Both the position numbers and the translations under genes were made by a program. A stretch of DNA of 64,000 nt from Alphaproteobacteria bacterium (GTDB lineage Bacteria; Pseudomonadota; Alphaproteobacteria; UBA6615): NCBI GenBank assembly GCA_965222215.1, contig OZ244931.1, forward strand, positions 259,517 through 323,516. Reading direction: 5' to 3'. Positions 1 to 9,025 of this stretch are shown in pieces. How positions within the stretch are numbered: position 1 is the first letter of the stretch; each line of letters begins with the position of its first letter. Below the pieces are notes generated by a model. It was given only the letters and a program-made list of their open reading frames with translations, had not been told where the DNA came from and did not search any database.

Positions 1-2364
1 ATGGCGATGACGGCCATCCTGCTTCTCGCATTTGCCTACTACCGCATCGCGGGCGACGGGCAGGCGCTGGCGTCGATCGGGCTGGTCTCCTTCGCCGGGG
101 TCGCGCAGTTCGCGCCCGCGATCCTGATCGGAATTTTCTGGGCCGGCGCCTCGCGGGCCGGTGCGCTGACGGGCATCGTCGCCGGCGGTGTGATCTGGGT
201 CTACACACTGCTCCTGCCGACCTTCGCCAACGCGGCGTGGTTCCCCGCGACGCTGCTCGCGCTCGGCCCCGGCGGTCTCGAATGGTTGCGCCCGCAGGCC
301 CTGTTCGGCTCGACGCTCGGCGATCCACTCACCCACGGTGTCTTCTGGAGCCTTGCCGCGAACACCCTGCTGCTCGTGTTCTTCTCGATGTTCAGCCGTC
401 AGAGCGTGCTGGACCGCAGCCAGGCCCGGGCCTTTGTGGAAGTCATGGCGGCCGACCAGTCGGCGCGCCCGCGCACGTTGCGCGGGGCGCTTGCCGCACG
501 CGACCTGGAGGCGCTCGTGGGCCGTTACCTCGGCGTGGCGTCGGCCGAGCGGGCCTTCACCCAGTACCGCGCCGACCGCTCGCCGGCGCTGCTGCAGGAC
601 GATCCCGTCGATGCCGGTGTCCTGCGCTTTGCGGAACGCCTGCTGGCCAGCGCCATCGGCGCCTCGTCGGCGCGCCTCGTGATCGCCATGTCGATGGAGC
701 GCGAAGACATCGATATGGAAAGCGCCATGTCGTTGCTCGATGACGCTACGGCGGCCATCCAGTACAACCGCGAACTGCTCCAGATGACCATGGAGAATCT
801 GCGCCAGGGGATCGCGATCCTGGATGAGGACCTCCGCCTCGCCTGGCTGAACGACCGTTTCCGCAACTATCTCGGCTTGCCCGACATGCTCGGGCGCGTC
901 GGCGTCCCGGTCGAGGACATCATCCGATACAGCGCCGAGCATGGCGAATACGGGCCGGGCGACGTGGAATCGATCGTCAACGATCTGCTGGCCCAGTACC
1001 GGCGCAACGAACCCGCGACGTATGAACGGCGGCTGGCGGACGGGACGGTGCTCGAGGTGCGCACCAGCCCGATGCCCGCGGGCGGCGTCGCGGTGTCCCT
1101 GATGGACGTGACCGACCGCGTGGAAGCCGCGACGGAACTGGAGACGGCGAAGCGCGACCTGGAGCTGCGGGTGGCGGAGCGAACACGGGACCTGACCGAC
1201 CTGAATGAGCAGCTCCGGCGCGCGTCGGATGCCGCGCAGCAGGCGAACCTCGGCAAGACGCGCTTCCTCGCGGCGGCCAGCCATGACCTGTTGCAGCCGC
1301 TGAACGCGGCGCGCCTGTTCCTGTCATCGCTGGGCGAGCGGGATATGGAGCGCGACAATGCGGAGCTGGTTGAGCGCGTCGACATCTCCCTGCGCGCGGT
1401 CGAGGATCTCCTCGCGGGCCTGCTGGATATCTCCAAGCTGGACGCGGGCGGCGTCGAGCCGCAGGTGGAGGACTTCCCGATCGACGACCTGTTGAGTGCG
1501 CTCGGGACCGAGTTTGCCGCGGTCGCCGAGGAACGCGGCATCGAGCTGCGGGTCGTGCACTCGCAAGCGATCGTGAGGTCGGACCCCCGCCTGCTGCGGC
1601 GCATACTCCAGAATTTCCTGTCGAACGCGATGCGCTATACGCCGACCGGCGGGCGCGTGATGATCGGCTGCCGGGGCGGCGGTGAGCGGTTGCGGGTCGA
1701 GGTGCGCGATTCCGGCCCCGGTATCCCCGCCGACAAGCGCGACACGGTTTTCCAGGAGTTCCAGCGCCTCCCCAACGATGCCGCGCAGGACCAGGGCCTC
1801 GGGCTGGGGCTCGCCATCGTGGAACGCATCGCGCGGATGCTCGGCCACGTGATCGATCTGCGCAGCGACGAGGGCGAGGGGTCTGTGTTCGCGGTGTCGG
1901 TGCCGCGTGGTACGGCGCGCGACGTCGTGGAAGAACCGCGCCAGCCGCCCGCATTTTCCAGCGGCGACATGGCGGGCGCGATCGTTCTGTGCATCGACGA
2001 CAATGCCGACGTGCGCGATGGCATGGAGGTGCTGCTCAGCGGCTGGGGCTGCGACGTGCGCACGGCGGCGGCGGGCGACCGATGGCGCCGCGCGATGGGG
2101 GGCGACGCGCCCGAGCTGATCATCGCCGACTATCATCTGGAGAACGACGAGCTCGGGCCGGATGTGGTGACCGAAATCTGCGGTGTCTATGAACGCGTGA
2201 TCCCGGCCGTGATCGTCACGGCGGACCCGTCCGAAAGCCTGCGCGAGGAAGCCGCACGGCGCGGCCATATCGTGCTGGACAAGCCCGTGAAGCCCGCCGC
2301 GCTCCGCGCGCTGATGACGCGCCTGCTCGCCCAGCGGGCGGCCGCCCGCCGGCAGGCATCGTGA
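1..2364 (+). CDS. Hybrid sensor histidine kinase, 5'-truncated by the window edge. The N-terminus is a sodium:solute-symporter-like membrane domain. PAS, HisKA, HATPase and a C-terminal receiver follow.
   Basis: N-terminal TM helices resemble SSF transporters (GLVSFAGVAQFAPAIL). A PAS-like segment precedes the H-box AAASHDLLQPL. G-boxes DSGPGIP and GLGLGLAIV are present. The C-terminal REC has a DYHL acceptor Asp. Confidence 0.9.
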   Translation: MAMTAILLLAFAYYRIAGDGQALASIGLVSFAGVAQFAPAILIGIFWAGASRAGALTGIVAGGVIWVYTLLLPTFANAAWFPATLLALGPGGLEWLRPQALFGSTLGDPLTHGVFWSLAANTLLLVFFSMFSRQSVLDRSQARAFVEVMAADQSARPRTLRGALAARDLEALVGRYLGVASAERAFTQYRADRSPALLQDDPVDAGVLRFAERLLASAIGASSARLVIAMSMEREDIDMESAMSLLDDATAAIQYNRELLQMTMENLRQGIAILDEDLRLAWLNDRFRNYLGLPDMLGRVGVPVEDIIRYSAEHGEYGPGDVESIVNDLLAQYRRNEPATYERRLADGTVLEVRTSPMPAGGVAVSLMDVTDRVEAATELETAKRDLELRVAERTRDLTDLNEQLRRASDAAQQANLGKTRFLAAASHDLLQPLNAARLFLSSLGERDMERDNAELVERVDISLRAVEDLLAGLLDISKLDAGGVEPQVEDFPIDDLLSALGTEFAAVAEERGIELRVVHSQAIVRSDPRLLRRILQNFLSNAMRYTPTGGRVMIGCRGGGERLRVEVRDSGPGIPADKRDTVFQEFQRLPNDAAQDQGLGLGLAIVERIARMLGHVIDLRSDEGEGSVFAVSVPRGTARDVVEEPRQPPAFSSGDMAGAIVLCIDDNADVRDGMEVLLSGWGCDVRTAAAGDRWRRAMGGDAPELIIADYHLENDELGPDVVTEICGVYERVIPAVIVTADPSESLREEAARRGHIVLDKPVKPAALRALMTRLLAQRAAARRQAS

Positions 2365-2381
2365 CGGTCACCGGGAAATAG

Positions 2382-3050
2382 TCAGGCGGGCATCTCGCGC
2401 GCGGGGTCTTCCACGTTCAGCCGCCCGGCCAGGATGACGGCCTGGGTCCGGCTGTTCACATCGAGCTTCTGCAGGATCGCGGAGACGTGGGATTTCACGG
2501 TCGCCTCGGAGATATCCAGGTCGAAGGCGATCTGCTTGTTGAGCTTGCCGTCGGACAGCATGCCCAGTACGCGCAGTTGCTGCGGCGTCAGCGCGGCGAG
2601 CCGGGCGGCCAGCGCCGCGTCTTTCGCATCGGTGTCGGGCAGCCCGTCGATCGCCTGGGGCAGCCAGGTGTTTCCGGCCAGGATTTCCGCGACCGCGGTA
2701 CGGATTTCCTCCATCGGCGCCGACTTCGGGATGAACCCGGACGCGCCATAGTCGATGGCCTGGCGCATGATGCGCGGCTCGGTGCTTGCGGAAATCATGG
2801 CGACCGGCACGGCGGGAAACTGCGAGCGCAGATAGGCCAGGCCGGTGAACCCGCGCATGCCCGGCATGTGAAGGTCGAGGAGTACGAGGTCCGGTGTGTC
2901 GCCGGTGCGGATGGCGGATTCCGCCTCGGCGAGGCTCGCCGCTTCGCGAAAGTCGGAGAGGGAAAAGTCCTGCGCGATCGCCTGACGCAACGCGTCGCGA
3001 ACCAGCGGATGGTCGTCCGCAATCACAATGATGGCGTTGGCGCTCGTCAC
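2382..3050 (-). CDS. NarL/FixJ-family response regulator (REC + LuxR HTH). The ORF-track 428-aa frame is over-extended; the likely start is GTG at 3050.
   Basis: REC motifs IIVIADDHP and LLDLHMPG are present, followed by a C-terminal LuxR HTH (LTPQQLRVLGMLSDGKLNKQIAFDLDISEATVKSHVSAILQKL). The upstream 200 aa are low-complexity R/P/G-rich. Confidence 0.8.
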   Translation of the reverse strand: MTSANAIIVIADDHPLVRDALRQAIAQDFSLSDFREAASLAEAESAIRTGDTPDLVLLDLHMPGMRGFTGLAYLRSQFPAVPVAMISASTEPRIMRQAIDYGASGFIPKSAPMEEIRTAVAEILAGNTWLPQAIDGLPDTDAKDAALAARLAALTPQQLRVLGMLSDGKLNKQIAFDLDISEATVKSHVSAILQKLDVNSRTQAVILAGRLNVEDPAREMPA

Positions 3051-3136
3051 GTTCGCTCTGCCCCCAGTCACCCGGCTGTTCCGGGTTGTTTTTCTTTTTA
3101 TTATGACGCGGCTTTGGCACCCCGTCCAACGGGGAG

Positions 3137-4567
3137 TCAGGCAGCGGGATCGAGAGCATCTTCGCGCGCCGCCGCGGCTTCGCGCGCGATCCGGCCGTAA
3201 AAGGCCTCGCGCAGGCCGGTCGCGTTTACTTCGCACATGGCGTGCAGTTCTCCGTCGATGGCCACCTGGAAGGCGCAGTGGGCGAGGCGCGCCTGCCCGG
3301 TCTCGCTCGCCAGTTCCTCCGGGCCCATGAAGTGATGGGCGGTGATCGCGAAACGGTGTACCGCGATCTGTCCCGTGACGGTCCGGCGGATCAGGGACAA
3401 GGGCGCGTCGGGCGCCAGCCGCTTCGCCCAGTCCCACGCCGCGCGTGGGAAATGCCAAAGGAGAAGCCCGGGCGCGCGCACCACCATCCCGGCCAGCCGC
3501 GCGACCGCCTCGGCGGGGCGGTCGGCCCGGAACGTCGCGCCGGGCAGGCGGTCGAAAATCGCGTCCAGCAGCCGGGCGTCGGCGGCGGAACTTTTGGGGC
3601 TCACCGGCAGGAACTGGGCCGGGCCTTCGCCGGACTGCACGCTGGCACCGATGACGAAGCGCGAACACTCGGGGTGACCCATCAGCCAGCGGTTCTCGGC
3701 CAGCCGGCCCGCATTCGTTTCCTCGATGTTGAGCCCGCGCGCGATCTCGACCCAGAGCGCCTCCGCGTCGATCCGTCCGATGCCGTTCTCGGTCCGGCCC
3801 ACGGGTGCGACCGGCAGGAAACCGACCATACGGAACACGTCCGCATTCGCCTGCATGAAGCGCACGATGTCGCCGACCTCGTGGAGATTATCGACGGTGA
3901 CGGTGACGGTCGACGCCACCCGCAACATGTGGCCGGTCTCCCGCCGGACCCGTCGCACGAGGTCCGCGAATTGCGCGCGCAACGGCATCAGGTCGGCTTC
4001 CGTGTCGGCCTGGCGGAACGCGCGGTCGTGACGGCCGCGCTGGGTGGTGTCGATGTGGAAGCTGATTTCCTCCAGCCCGCCCTCGACCATGAACCGCTTC
4101 AGCAGGTCCGGCTCGCGCAGGAAGGTATCGCCGTGGGTCATCAGCATGGGGATCAGCTCGATCGCGCGCGCGTGGCGCAGGATCGCGATCACCTCGTCCG
4201 GATCACGCAGCGAGACCTCGCCGTCCGTCAGCTGCACGTTGCCCCAGGGACCGAGATGGCGGCGCAGCATGTCGAGCTGCGCGGTCACGCCGGCGACCGG
4301 CAGCGCCGGAATACGGTTGGCGCCGTCGTTGAGGTAGCAGCCCCGGCAGGCGAAATCGCAGCGCGGCATCGCGCCGATGGTCGCGCCGCAGCCTTCCTCG
4401 TGCCGGCCGAGCATCTGGTGGGGGGTGCGGAACTCCGGCGCGATGTCGTTCCAGACAGCATCGAGCGATGCCCGCGTTTCAGGCGGCACCGGCTCGCGGA
4501 ACAGCCGCCAAAGGCGGGCGAGCCGCACCGGTTCGCGGTGTGTGGAGGTGGTCCCGAAACGTCCCAT
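3137..4567 (-). CDS. Radical SAM domain protein of 476 aa; family not recognised.
   Basis: Canonical CxxxCxxC cluster (PRCDFACRGCY) near residue 70. SD-like GAAGAAG lies upstream of the ATG. An 86-nt gap separates it from the response regulator on the same strand. Confidence 0.75.
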   Translation of the reverse strand: MGRFGTTSTHREPVRLARLWRLFREPVPPETRASLDAVWNDIAPEFRTPHQMLGRHEEGCGATIGAMPRCDFACRGCYLNDGANRIPALPVAGVTAQLDMLRRHLGPWGNVQLTDGEVSLRDPDEVIAILRHARAIELIPMLMTHGDTFLREPDLLKRFMVEGGLEEISFHIDTTQRGRHDRAFRQADTEADLMPLRAQFADLVRRVRRETGHMLRVASTVTVTVDNLHEVGDIVRFMQANADVFRMVGFLPVAPVGRTENGIGRIDAEALWVEIARGLNIEETNAGRLAENRWLMGHPECSRFVIGASVQSGEGPAQFLPVSPKSSAADARLLDAIFDRLPGATFRADRPAEAVARLAGMVVRAPGLLLWHFPRAAWDWAKRLAPDAPLSLIRRTVTGQIAVHRFAITAHHFMGPEELASETGQARLAHCAFQVAIDGELHAMCEVNATGLREAFYGRIAREAAAAREDALDPAA

Positions 4568-4696
4568 CGTGCCGTCTTCTTCCGCCGGAGTTCACGCCCT
4601 CGATCGGCGTTCCATCAGGGGGAAGGTTAGACGGTCCGGCGGGGCAGCCGGGATACAACTTGTCGTGTCGGGTGCGTGAAGAGGCGCGCAACACAC

Positions 4697-4784
4697 CGTC
4701 ATTGCGAGCCCGAAGGGCGAAGCAATCCAGAGCGGCCTTGTCCGGGCCCTGGATTGCGTCGTTGCGTTGCTCCTCGCAATGACG
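4697..4784. repeat. Family A palindromic intergenic repeat (copy A1, ~88 bp). Ends are CGTCATTGCGAG...CTCGCAATGACG with an internal GAAGCAATCCAGAGCGG / CCTGGATTGC inverted repeat.
   Basis: Near-identical copies at ~13841, 28241, 33448, 34926 and 49995, all intergenic. Terminal and internal inverted repeats give a MITE/REP-like structure. Confidence 0.8.
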
Positions 4785-4794
4785 TTGGGCGTGC

Positions 4795-5493
4795 CTACCC
4801 CAGCGTCTTGCCGTAGCGCCAGCGCTCGATGGTCACGTCCGCGAACACGCCGCCGTAGTTCAGCGGTTCCTTCGCCCAGAATTCCTCGCAGGCTTCCAGG
4901 TCCGGGTATTCCATGATCATGAAGGAGCCGATCATCTGGCTGCCGTCGTCGTTGAACATCGGCCCGCGCGCCACGTAGCGGTCCATCACGGTGGCCTGGA
5001 ATTTGTGATGCGCGTCGGCGACAGCGTCGCGCCGTTCCTTCGCTTCCGGGCCGTCGATGGCAGTGATCGCGAACTGTTTCCAGCCGTCGGTGCGCGGGAA
5101 GGTGTCCCAGCGCAGGTCCATGGAGGACGACCAGCGCGTCACCGATGTGCTCGCGAACGCGCCCGCCCTGGCATAGCCGTCGGCGGCGATCCAGGCTTCG
5201 GCGGTTTCCTTGTCGGGCGCGTCGATCAGCGCCATCGCCCCGCGCGGCGTCTCGCCGTCGGCCTTCAGCAGCGGGCCGGTGAAACGGATGATGTCCTGGG
5301 TCCCGCGCAGGTGCGCCTGGTGGCCTTCCATCCCGGCCTCGCGCAGATCCAGCCCGCCCTCTTCCTTGAAGTAGCCCTTGCAGATCCAGCTCGAGCTTTT
5401 CTTGCGGTAGTACTCGGCGAGCTCTTCCTTCGACAGCCCGTAACGCGGATCGCCGGGTAGCGCCCCGGACGGATTGTTGGGATCTTCGGCCAT
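4795..5493 (-). CDS. YciI-like (Dabb-fold) tandem-domain protein.
   Basis: Two ~100-aa YciI-like halves. It nests inside a spurious 404-aa ORF on the same strand. Confidence 0.7.
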   Translation of the reverse strand: MAEDPNNPSGALPGDPRYGLSKEELAEYYRKKSSSWICKGYFKEEGGLDLREAGMEGHQAHLRGTQDIIRFTGPLLKADGETPRGAMALIDAPDKETAEAWIAADGYARAGAFASTSVTRWSSSMDLRWDTFPRTDGWKQFAITAIDGPEAKERRDAVADAHHKFQATVMDRYVARGPMFNDDGSQMIGSFMIMEYPDLEACEEFWAKEPLNYGGVFADVTIERWRYGKTLG

Positions 5494-5625
5494 GGTCGTC
5501 TCCTCGGAACATCGTTCTTGATTGTTGCCCGCATCCTCGCGTCACCCGCGCCACGGCGCAAGTCCGCACCCGGAACGACAGTGATGCAACGGCGGCATGG
5601 CAATCACGTCTCCGCCAACCTCGGT

Positions 5626-5717
5626 CGTCACCCCTGCGAAGGCAGGGGTCCATTGACTCAGCCGGTTGCCTGGCTGGGTATCGGCGATAATGGATACCCG
5701 CCTTCGCGGGTATGACG
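5626..5717. repeat. Family B palindromic repeat (copy B1, ~92 bp). It starts GTCACCCCTGCGAAGGCAGGGGTCCATTGAC and ends CCCGCCTTCGCGGGTATGACG.
   Basis: Both arms form perfect hairpins (CCCCTGC-GAAG-GCAGGGG and CCCGC-CTTC-GCGGG). Related copies sit at ~55878 and ~60714, with a partial copy at ~57826. Confidence 0.75.
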
Positions 5718-5799
5718 ACCGGGGGTGTGGAAGGCTCCCCCTGTGTCCCTTTCGCCCTTTCGCGGTAAGCTTCCCCCGGAACCAACGGGGAAACACACC

Positions 5800-6321
5800 A
5801 TGCCACGCAACTACCGCCGCATCGTCACCGGCCACGACTCCGACGGCCGCTCGATCCTCTGGCAGGACGGGCCGTCGCCGAACGTGGTCGAGGTTATGCC
5901 CGGCCTCAGTTCGCACGAGCTCTGGCAGACGAGCGCGCCCGCCGACAACACGGGCGACGAGGACACCGCGCTGGGCGAACTTCAGCTCGAGCCGCGCAAC
6001 CCGTCGGGCACGGTCTTCCGCATCGTCGAGTTTCCGCCGGACGAAAGCCTGAAGGACGCCGACATGGGCGAAGCCTTCGAAAAGATGCACTCCGACGCCC
6101 ACGACGCCGATTCCGACACGGCGGGCATGCACGAGACCCGCACCACCGACTACGCCATTGTCATATCCGGCGAGATCTGGGCCGTGATGGAAGAGGGCGA
6201 GACGAAGATGGAAGTCGGCGACGTGCTGATCCAGCGCGGCACCAACCACGCCTGGTCGAACCGCTCCGACAAGCCCGCCGCCGTCGCGTTCGTCCTGATC
6301 GACGCGAAGGAACGGACGTAA
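5800..6321 (+). CDS. Cupin domain protein.
   Basis: ATG at 5800 with GGGGA 9 nt upstream. The ORF-track start at 5725 lies inside repeat B1. Cupin-like beta-barrel motifs follow (GEIWAVMEEGETKMEVGDVLIQRG). Confidence 0.7.
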   Translation: MPRNYRRIVTGHDSDGRSILWQDGPSPNVVEVMPGLSSHELWQTSAPADNTGDEDTALGELQLEPRNPSGTVFRIVEFPPDESLKDADMGEAFEKMHSDAHDADSDTAGMHETRTTDYAIVISGEIWAVMEEGETKMEVGDVLIQRGTNHAWSNRSDKPAAVAFVLIDAKERT

Positions 6322-6335
6322 CAAACCCCGTCATG

Positions 6336-6440
6336 TCCGGACTTGATCGGGGCATCTCGCCGCCCGACTGAGCCCTCATCCTGAGCTTGACGAAGTACGA
6401 GGGCGGCAACCTCATACTTCGACAGGCTCAGCATGAGGAT
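6336..6440. repeat. Family D hairpin element (copy D1). Its ATGTCCGGA-CTTGA-TCGGGGCAT hairpin is an imperfect version of the hairpin at ~15208.
   Basis: Shares the CGGACTTGATC(C/G)G(C/G)GCATCTCG core with the 15208-15290 element. Confidence 0.35.
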
Positions 6441-6475
6441 GCTTTGATGTCCCGGCCAATGTAAGGAGCAGCCAG

Positions 6476-6988
6476 ATGTCCAACGTTGCACTGATCGCCG
6501 TGATATTGCGGCTCGTCGCGATCTGGCTATTCGTTTCGATTCTCGACACCATTTCCTGGAGCCATGTCAGTGTGGTTTCTCAGCCAAATGTAGCGGCTTG
6601 GGTTCTCCTGAAATTTCTGCTGGCGGCGTGGTTCTTCTTCTGGCCGCTGTCGGTTGTGCGAAGGCTGGTGCCGAAAGAGGCGCGTAGAACTGATCCGGTC
6701 GACGCTCTCGAGGTATGGACACCTGACATTTTGCAGGCGGTTTTGTTTTCAGCGGCTGGCGTTTGGATTCTTGTGACGACGATCACGTCCCAAGGACTCG
6801 TCGGTGCGATTCTGTATTTTGCGACCGGCGATTCAGGCGGCTTATACGTGACAGGCGCTTCGTTTTTGGTCGCTTTGATTGAGCTGGCGTTCGGGGTCTG
6901 GCTACTCTTCGGGGCGCGGGGCCTGTTCCATCTGGTCAGCGCCGCCCGCCGCGCCCGGCTCGACAACAAACTCTTCGAGGACGAATAA
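6476..6988 (+). CDS. Hypothetical 4-TM membrane protein (noticeably lower GC).
   Basis: Strong SD AAGGAG 8 nt before the ATG. Four hydrophobic helices. Local GC is clearly below the window average. Confidence 0.6.
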   Translation: MSNVALIAVILRLVAIWLFVSILDTISWSHVSVVSQPNVAAWVLLKFLLAAWFFFWPLSVVRRLVPKEARRTDPVDALEVWTPDILQAVLFSAAGVWILVTTITSQGLVGAILYFATGDSGGLYVTGASFLVALIELAFGVWLLFGARGLFHLVSAARRARLDNKLFEDE

Positions 6989-6990
6989 AA

Positions 6991-7386
6991 ATGACCGCCA
7001 AGCTCCGCCACATCGCGCTCTCCGTGCCCGACCCCCAGAAGGCCGCGGCGTTCTACGAAAAGGCCCTCGGCATGATCCGTGTCGGCGAGAACGACCACGC
7101 CGGCGCGACGGCGGTCTATCTCACCGACGGCGTCATGAATGTCGCGCTGCTGCGCTACAAGACCGAGGAGGCCGCCGCCGGAGATCCGGACGCATTCGGC
7201 GTCCACCATTTCGGCTTCGTCGTGGACGACGTGGATGCGGCCGGCGCGGAGATCGAGGCCGCGGGCGGCAACTGGCTGATGGGCGAGGCGAAGGACTCCG
7301 GCGCCTTCTACGAGATCAAGTACCGCGACCCCGACGGCCAGGTTTTCGACATCAACGAGGGCGGATGGCGAACGGGGGACGATTGA
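6991..7386 (+). CDS. VOC / glyoxalase-bleomycin resistance family protein.
   Basis: Sequence of the glyoxalase-like fold (HIALSVPD...FYEIKYRDPDGQVFDI). Confidence 0.8.
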   Translation: MTAKLRHIALSVPDPQKAAAFYEKALGMIRVGENDHAGATAVYLTDGVMNVALLRYKTEEAAAGDPDAFGVHHFGFVVDDVDAAGAEIEAAGGNWLMGEAKDSGAFYEIKYRDPDGQVFDINEGGWRTGDD

Positions 7387-7450
7387 GCGTTGCCATCCCC
7401 GCGCGCTAATCTCCGCGCCAACAAACAAAACCCCTTCCGAGGAGACTCCC

Positions 7451-8821
7451 ATGGCCCGCACACTGATCAAGGGCGGCTGGGTCGTGTCGATGGACGATGC
7501 GATCGGCGATATCGACGGCGGCGACGTGCTGATCGAGGACGACGCGATCGTCGAGGTCGGGCGCGGCATCGACGCGGGCGACGCGGCGGTGATCGACGCC
7601 TCCGACATGATCGTTGCGCCGGGCCTCATCAACATGCACGAGCACACCTGGCAGACCGGCGTGCGCGGCACCGTGTCGAACTGGACGATGTTCGAATACT
7701 CGACGCTGATGCATGCCAAGGCGGTGCCCCACTTCACGCCCGACGACGTGCGGATCGCCAACCTGTGCGGCGCGCTCAACCAGATCAACTGCGGCACCAC
7801 GACCCTGTTCGACTGGCACCACTGCAACGCGACCACGGACCACTCCGACGCGGCGATCGATTCGCTGGAAGAGGCAGGGATCCGTGCGATCTACGGCCAC
7901 GGCCAGACCAAGACCGAATCCAGGCCGGGCGAGCCGCCGTTCAACGAGATCCCGCATTCGCGCGAGCGCGTCGAGCGCCTGCGCAAGGGCCGGTTGTCGT
8001 CCGACGACGCACTTGTCACGATGGCCATGTGCATCCAGGGGATCGGCTTCTCGGTCTGGGACTGCATCGAGCACGACGTCCGGCTGGCGAAGGACATGGG
8101 CCTGCGCTGGTCGAACCACACCGGCGCTCTCGGCATCCCGCTCTTCTCCGAGGGCTCGGTGCACAAGCTGCACGAACTTGGCCTGCTCGGCCCGGAAGCC
8201 GACTTCGTGCACGGGACCAACCTGACCGACGACGAGATCAAGCTCATCGTCGACACGGGTGGCTCGATCACCGTCGCGCCGGAGTGCGAGTGCAACTTCG
8301 GCCACGGCAATCCCGCGACCGGCCGCGTGCTGGAGGCGGGCGGCACGCCGTCCTTCGGGATCGACCTGGAGTCCAACATCTCCGGCGACATGTTCTCGGC
8401 CGTGCGTTACGGCCTGCAGTTCGAGCGCGCCATGTACACCGACGCGCGCCCGCGCCCGACCAAGGCCATGCCGGACCACCTGAAGACCCGCGTGGCGCTG
8501 GAGTGGGCGACCATCGGCAATGCTCGCGCGCTGGGCATGGAGGACCGGATCGGCTCGCTGACGCCGGGCAAGCAGGCCGACCTGATCCTCGTGCGCGGCG
8601 ACGACATCAACACCTGCCCGGTGCACGACCCGGTGCAGACGCTCGTGTTCATGGCGACGCCCCACAACATCGACACGGTGTTCATCGCCGGCGAAGTGCG
8701 CAAACGCGACCGCCAGCTCGTCTACCCGGAAGCTACGCTGCGCCAGAAGCTTGAGGAGCTGACCGCCTCGGGCCGCCGCATCCTGAAGGATGCCGGTGTC
8801 TTCGACGAGGCGGCGGCGTAG
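7451..8821 (+). CDS. Amidohydrolase family protein (cytosine/chlorohydrolase-like metal-dependent hydrolase).
   Basis: HxH metal-binding motif (INMHEHTWQ) and the overall TIM-barrel amidohydrolase pattern over 456 aa. Confidence 0.85.
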   Translation: MARTLIKGGWVVSMDDAIGDIDGGDVLIEDDAIVEVGRGIDAGDAAVIDASDMIVAPGLINMHEHTWQTGVRGTVSNWTMFEYSTLMHAKAVPHFTPDDVRIANLCGALNQINCGTTTLFDWHHCNATTDHSDAAIDSLEEAGIRAIYGHGQTKTESRPGEPPFNEIPHSRERVERLRKGRLSSDDALVTMAMCIQGIGFSVWDCIEHDVRLAKDMGLRWSNHTGALGIPLFSEGSVHKLHELGLLGPEADFVHGTNLTDDEIKLIVDTGGSITVAPECECNFGHGNPATGRVLEAGGTPSFGIDLESNISGDMFSAVRYGLQFERAMYTDARPRPTKAMPDHLKTRVALEWATIGNARALGMEDRIGSLTPGKQADLILVRGDDINTCPVHDPVQTLVFMATPHNIDTVFIAGEVRKRDRQLVYPEATLRQKLEELTASGRRILKDAGVFDEAAA

Positions 8822-8848
8822 TAGGAGCAGTTGCGGTGGCAGGTCTTC

Positions 8849-8965
8849 CAACCCTCTCCTTCCACGGGGAGGAGAGGGTGGCGAGCACCGCGAGCCGGGT
8901 GAGGTGGGCGCCCCGGCTATCAGCTTGCAAACCCCACCTCACCCCGACCCTCTCCGCCCCCCTAT
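8849..8965. repeat. Family C repeat (copy C1). Core is CAACCCTCTCC...GGAGAGGGTGGCGAGCA(C/A)CGCGAGCCGGGTGAGG...CCTCACCCCGACCCTCTCC. A perfect hairpin TTGTCGCC-CTTGC-GGCGACAA follows.
   Basis: About 75% identity to the element at 10187-10312. The terminal inverted repeat is CCCTCTCC/GGAGAGGG. Confidence 0.6.
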
Positions 8966-9025
8966 TTGTCGCCCTTGCGGCGACAAGCGACGCAAAGGGT
9001 GGGCAGAGAGGGAGATGACCGCACC

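Noticed and set aside
3051-3668. The N-terminal 205-aa extension of the response-regulator ORF (428 aa in the track).
   Set aside because: It is extremely R/P/G-rich with no domain. A GTG immediately before the REC domain gives a normal-length NarL-type protein.
4592-5806. A 404-aa ORF on the minus strand overlapping the YciI-like gene and repeat B1.
   Set aside because: It is R/G/P-rich and low-complexity, reads through an intergenic repeat, and only the internal 232-aa frame (4795-5493) has a recognisable fold. It is a high-GC open-frame artefact.
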